DNA of 60,947 nucleotides, from positions 1 through 60,947 of the IMG/VR virus record IMGVR_UViG_3300009703_000019; one strand, 5' to 3'. Below, piece by piece: positions 58,012 through 60,947 of this stretch (its first letter is position 1; every line of letters starts with the position of its first letter). A model generated the notes under the pieces. That model was not told the origin of the DNA. It saw only the letters and a program-made list of their open reading frames with translations, and searched no databases. The translations under genes were made by a program, and so were the position numbers. This DNA comes from a virus. Its lineage: Duplodnaviria > Caudoviricetes.

Positions 58012-58590
58012 TCACATATTACTCATATCTGTTCGGTATGTTGATGGATGTACATCATCTACTTCATCTACATGAGGATAACTATTCCTAGTTGGATGTA
58101 CATCCTCTGTTTCTGTTACACACGTCAGGGATTCTATTGTAACTTCTCCTTTGTACGGCCAAGTCTGCCGAGGGGGTAGTTTTCCAACCAGGCTACCATT
58201 GTCATACCATCGTTTTCCCTGTGCCATCTGGTTAACGGGATCACCAGTATCAAGGAAAGTAACTACAGTTGGTTTATATCCAAGTTCTGTTAATTCAAGA
58301 TGTCGAACCCATGTAACAGTACCATAGGCAACTATTATAACTTCATCAGACACATCACACATTCGTGCAGCAGCTCCATTTACAGAAATTGTAAAGGATC
58401 TAGGATCTGGAATTGCATATGTTGTGAACCTATTACCGTTGGTGATGTTGTATATTTCAATTTGCTGATATGGTAATATATTCGCCTTCTCCAATATATC
58501 ATTCGAAATCCCGCAAGATCCCTCATAATTAATATCACATTCGGTGACTATTGCACCGTGTATTTTTGACTTTAATATTTTTATTTCCAT
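58012..58590 (-). CDS. panD: Aspartate 1-decarboxylase with C-terminal extension
   Basis: LKSKIH, YEG/S self-cleavage site, NGNRFTTYAI, NGAAAR, D.VII..Y. Confidence 0.88.
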   Translation of the reverse strand: MEIKILKSKIHGAIVTECDINYEGSCGISNDILEKANILPYQQIEIYNITNGNRFTTYAIPDPRSFTISVNGAAARMCDVSDEVIIVAYGTVTWVRHLELTELGYKPTVVTFLDTGDPVNQMAQGKRWYDNGSLVGKLPPRQTWPYKGEVTIESLTCVTETEDVHPTRNSYPHVDEVDDVHPSTYRTDMSNM

Positions 58591-59051
58591 ATCCCACTCC
58601 CAAAATCAAACGATGGACCACCAGACCGAGAAACAAATGATTCCATACAAGTTAGGACAGACCCACTAAAATTCTTATGAGCCTCACCCAATCCCCTCTG
58701 ACCAAATTCACGCTTTAATTTATACCATAGATCTTTTGGGGTAAGTTCTTCCATAGTATGAAGTTCTTTATTGAATGTGCTAGAATAGTTGGATGTAATT
58801 GTTTTGAATTTAACCAAATCCGAATATAATTCATAATGCTCGGTGCGTCGAGGATCGAATTTAAATAATCCAGGCATATTCTTACCAGATACATCAACAA
58901 CACATTCGGAGAACGATCTCGGGTCGATTGAATAATCTACGAGATCCTGCTCATTCTCAAATAATCTGAATACATCTTCTTCATACTTATCTTTGGATTC
59001 GGAACATCCGACCAAAAATAATATGGATAATAATAACATAAATTTTTTCAT
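58581..59051 (-). CDS. Lipoprotein
   Basis: Signal peptide with lipobox LVGC. Confidence 0.65.
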   Translation of the reverse strand: MKKFMLLLSILFLVGCSESKDKYEEDVFRLFENEQDLVDYSIDPRSFSECVVDVSGKNMPGLFKFDPRRTEHYELYSDLVKFKTITSNYSSTFNKELHTMEELTPKDLWYKLKREFGQRGLGEAHKNFSGSVLTCMESFVSRSGGPSFDFGSGIWK

Positions 59052-59095
59052 ATCAAGTCTCTCATTTATTTAATAGAGTTTTATATAATATATAT
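59041..59095. repeat. Direct repeat copy 1 (55 bp, one mismatch vs copy 2)
   Basis: aattt(t/a)ttcatatcaagtctctcatttatttaatagagttttatataatatat(at). Confidence 0.9.
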
Positions 59096-59250
59096 AAAGC
59101 TGCAATAATCAAAACAGGGAGCAATACTATATAACCAATCGCTTCCATGAATGTTACTTCTGATGCAAATAAAACCAAAACCTCGAGGTTAGTTTTATCT
59201 GGCATTATTCTCATTAGGAATTCTGAATATAATACCCCAAAACCCACCAT
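59062..59250 (-). CDS. Small membrane protein
   Basis: 62 aa; hydrophobic; 3' end lies in the repeat. Confidence 0.4.
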   Translation of the reverse strand: MVGFGVLYSEFLMRIMPDKTNLEVLVLFASEVTFMEAIGYIVLLPVLIIAALYILYKTLLNK

Positions 59251-59329
59251 ACTATGAAAGGTAATGTGATTATAAAATGAGATAGGAATGTAGTCTTATT
59301 ACACCTTAAAATATATAACTTTTGTTTCT

Positions 59330-59521
59330 TCATAATAACTTATCCTTATAATCATCAGACCAGCGCTTTAAAGCCTCTATTGCTGGTATTTCAGCGGTGT
59401 TGGTATTTCCGTATTTTCCAGTAGTAGAATGCGCTAATATATGAAGATAACTAAAATATAACGCACGCTTTGGTAACAATCTTACAATATAATACCACAT
59501 ATCAATCACAAATTTATTCAT
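59330..59521 (-). CDS. Hypothetical protein
   Basis: 63 aa; start codon supplied by repeat copy 2. Confidence 0.55.
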   Translation of the reverse strand: MNKFVIDMWYYIVRLLPKRALYFSYLHILAHSTTGKYGNTNTAEIPAIEALKRWSDDYKDKLL

Positions 59522-59565
59522 ATCAAGTCTCTCATTTATTTAATAGAGTTTTATATAATATATAT
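59511..59565. repeat. Direct repeat copy 2, abutting the tRNA 3' end
   Basis: 470 bp from copy 1. Confidence 0.9.
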
Positions 59566-59640
59566 GGTGGGACCGGTAGGACTCGAACCTACGACCTGCC
59601 GATTATGAGTCGGATGCTCTCCCAACTGAGCTACGGTCCC
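59565..59640 (-). tRNA. tRNA with CAU anticodon (Ile2/lysidine-type or elongator Met; not initiator)
   Basis: GGGACCG TA GCTC AGTTGGGA GAGC A TCCGA CTCATAA TCGGC AGGTC GTAGG TTCGAGT CCTAC CGGTCCC ACCA; 76 nt; encoded CCA. Confidence 0.95.
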
Positions 59641-59731
59641 GTTATCAGGTTAGGTATAGAAAACCGCCCGTTACTCTATACCTGTGGAAACCCCCAATAC
59701 TAAGCTTTCTGGTTTCCTTTCCATTTAATTG

Positions 59732-60109
59732 TTATAACTCATTGCTTTCCCACACCTTCTGATATGATAACTCAGACTTTATGTTAAGATATCCGGACGT
59801 ACAAGTCCAAACACCACAATCTATATGCTCTGTCATGTAGGAAAACCATTTATTAATGCTATTATAGTCTTCGATATCATCCCCATAATCTCTAAGATTA
59901 CCGTATACATTAACTCTAAACCACTCAGCCCCAACGGTACTCGAATAATACCCCATAGGAATCACTTGTACACCAATTTCACCCTCTGATCCAGTGGGTA
60001 CACCAATCTTTGATTTTTCGGATATTGATTTTAATAATACCTCTGTCACACGTTCATTTGAATTCGAATAATAATCGAAATATCCTGTAATTCCACACCA
60101 TCTACTCAT
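59732..60109 (-). CDS. Hypothetical protein
   Basis: Likely start MSRWC after GGAG; P.GSEG...G.LRD motif. Confidence 0.6.
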   Translation of the reverse strand: MSRWCGITGYFDYYSNSNERVTEVLLKSISEKSKIGVPTGSEGEIGVQVIPMGYYSSTVGAEWFRVNVYGNLRDYGDDIEDYNSINKWFSYMTEHIDCGVWTCTSGYLNIKSELSYQKVWESNEL

Positions 60110-60205
60110 AATAAACTCCAAAAATTAAACTAACATCAGGTTCATACTCAAGCTGAACCACTACTTTAGAACATTACCGTACCGTCCTTAATACTAACAA
60201 TAACT

Positions 60206-60947
60206 TTAGAAGACGACCTGAGCACGCGCTGTTAAGGCATGAACAAAATCATCTTTCGCGGTATCAGTGACTACATCACGGTCTGAGAAAACATAATTTA
60301 ACCGTAGTGAAACATTATTCGTTGCCCACCAGTTAAGAGCGGCCGTCCAGTTATTCGCTCGACCCGCCGCGCTCATATTCCCATCAGATAAATCAAGATG
60401 ACTGTAACGCGCGGCTACTTCCCAAGCCCCGATACCACCGTGTCCAACTTCATGACCGACTTTAACACGTTTCCATTGACCCGATGATTGTTTCCAGTTC
60501 ATATGTTCACCGGTTAAGAAATACCCCAACTGACCATAAAAACCCTGATAATTCAAATCAACACCATTATCTCTTTCAACATTCATAGAAACATATTCAG
60601 CCTGACCGTGGAATGGTCCAAGATAACCAGCCATCTCAGCATTAGTCGCTAAAATCTGCGTTGCACTGGAAATAACTCCTGTATCAAGCCATTTACCACC
60701 AACATGGGCTTCCGGGTGATATTTAAATCTGAGGTCAACACCATCAGCATTATGTTTTGACTGCGTATTTGGATCCATATCACGATAGTGAATGGCACCG
60801 CCCAGATGAAAATGCTCGTTCTTTGTATCGACTACACTGACTAAGCCTCTAAAAGCAGTTCCAAAACTCTGATTAAATTCACCGTCCTCATTAATGCCGG
60901 CCGCAAAAGCACCGACTCGCCCGTAAAAAAGATCATCATCATAAGCA
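60206..60947 (-). CDS. OprO/OprP-like (phosphate/anion-selective) porin, 5'-truncated by the window
   Basis: Frame is open to the window edge; QAEY, GFYGQLGYFLTGE, GAWEVAARYS.LDL, LNWW....LRLNY, terminal ARAQVVF. Confidence 0.8.
   Translation of the reverse strand, partial: AYDDDLFYGRVGAFAAGINEDGEFNQSFGTAFRGLVSVVDTKNEHFHLGGAIHYRDMDPNTQSKHNADGVDLRFKYHPEAHVGGKWLDTGVISSATQILATNAEMAGYLGPFHGQAEYVSMNVERDNGVDLNYQGFYGQLGYFLTGEHMNWKQSSGQWKRVKVGHEVGHGGIGAWEVAARYSHLDLSDGNMSAAGRANNWTAALNWWATNNVSLRLNYVFSDRDVVTDTAKDDFVHALTARAQVVF

Noticed and set aside
827-59703. Plus-strand ORFs and short nested minus-strand ORFs in the ORF track (e.g. 5430-5990, 14120-14488, 34662-35228)
   Set aside because: They are shadows of well-supported minus-strand genes and carry no recognisable motifs.
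1-60947. Bacterial chromosome or prophage-host junction explaining the metabolic genes
   Set aside because: Metabolic genes are interleaved at several loci with T4 core genes, on the same strand, tightly packed and behind the same promoter motif; no integrase or bacterial housekeeping synteny is seen. Read-level validation is still needed.
1-60947. Stop-codon reassignment
   Set aside because: Conserved genes are full length under the standard code and end in TAA, TAG or TGA.

Overview
AT-rich, almost entirely minus-strand, gene-dense segment of a large T4-like myovirus genome, most likely marine. A proteobacterial (probably gamma) host is inferred from the look of the host-derived genes but not proven. 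Core T4 replication and transcription genes are present: gp45-gp44-gp62-regA-gp43-uvsX-gp40-like-gp41, gp61, rnh, phoH, gp33, gp59, nrdA, Grx-nrdB, thyX, plus tail/virion genes, an M15 endolysin, nine GTTTAC(A/T)-N17-TATAAT early-type promoters and eight TATAAATA late promoters. The standout feature is an unusually coherent set of central-carbon genes interleaved with these core genes. It comprises a full beta-oxidation spiral (fadE, fadJ/B, fadI/A), isocitrate lyase plus malyl-CoA lyase (a malate-synthase-free glyoxylate shunt), an acyl-CoA thioesterase, PEP synthase, PRPP synthetase, PanD and a class-3 lipase. Together these outline a phage-encoded 'fatty acid -> acetyl-CoA -> C4 -> PEP -> PRPP -> dNTP' route. 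Also seen: a circularly permuted (two-piece) tmRNA with a 2-nt spacer and tag AEDNFALAA, a phage FtsH, a tRNA(CAU) abutting a 55-bp direct repeat, a ROSE-like leader on hsp20, a family of ORFs sharing a T4 capsid-targeting-like N-terminus, and a partial OprO/OprP-like porin. All product calls come from motif recognition by eye; no database searches were run.
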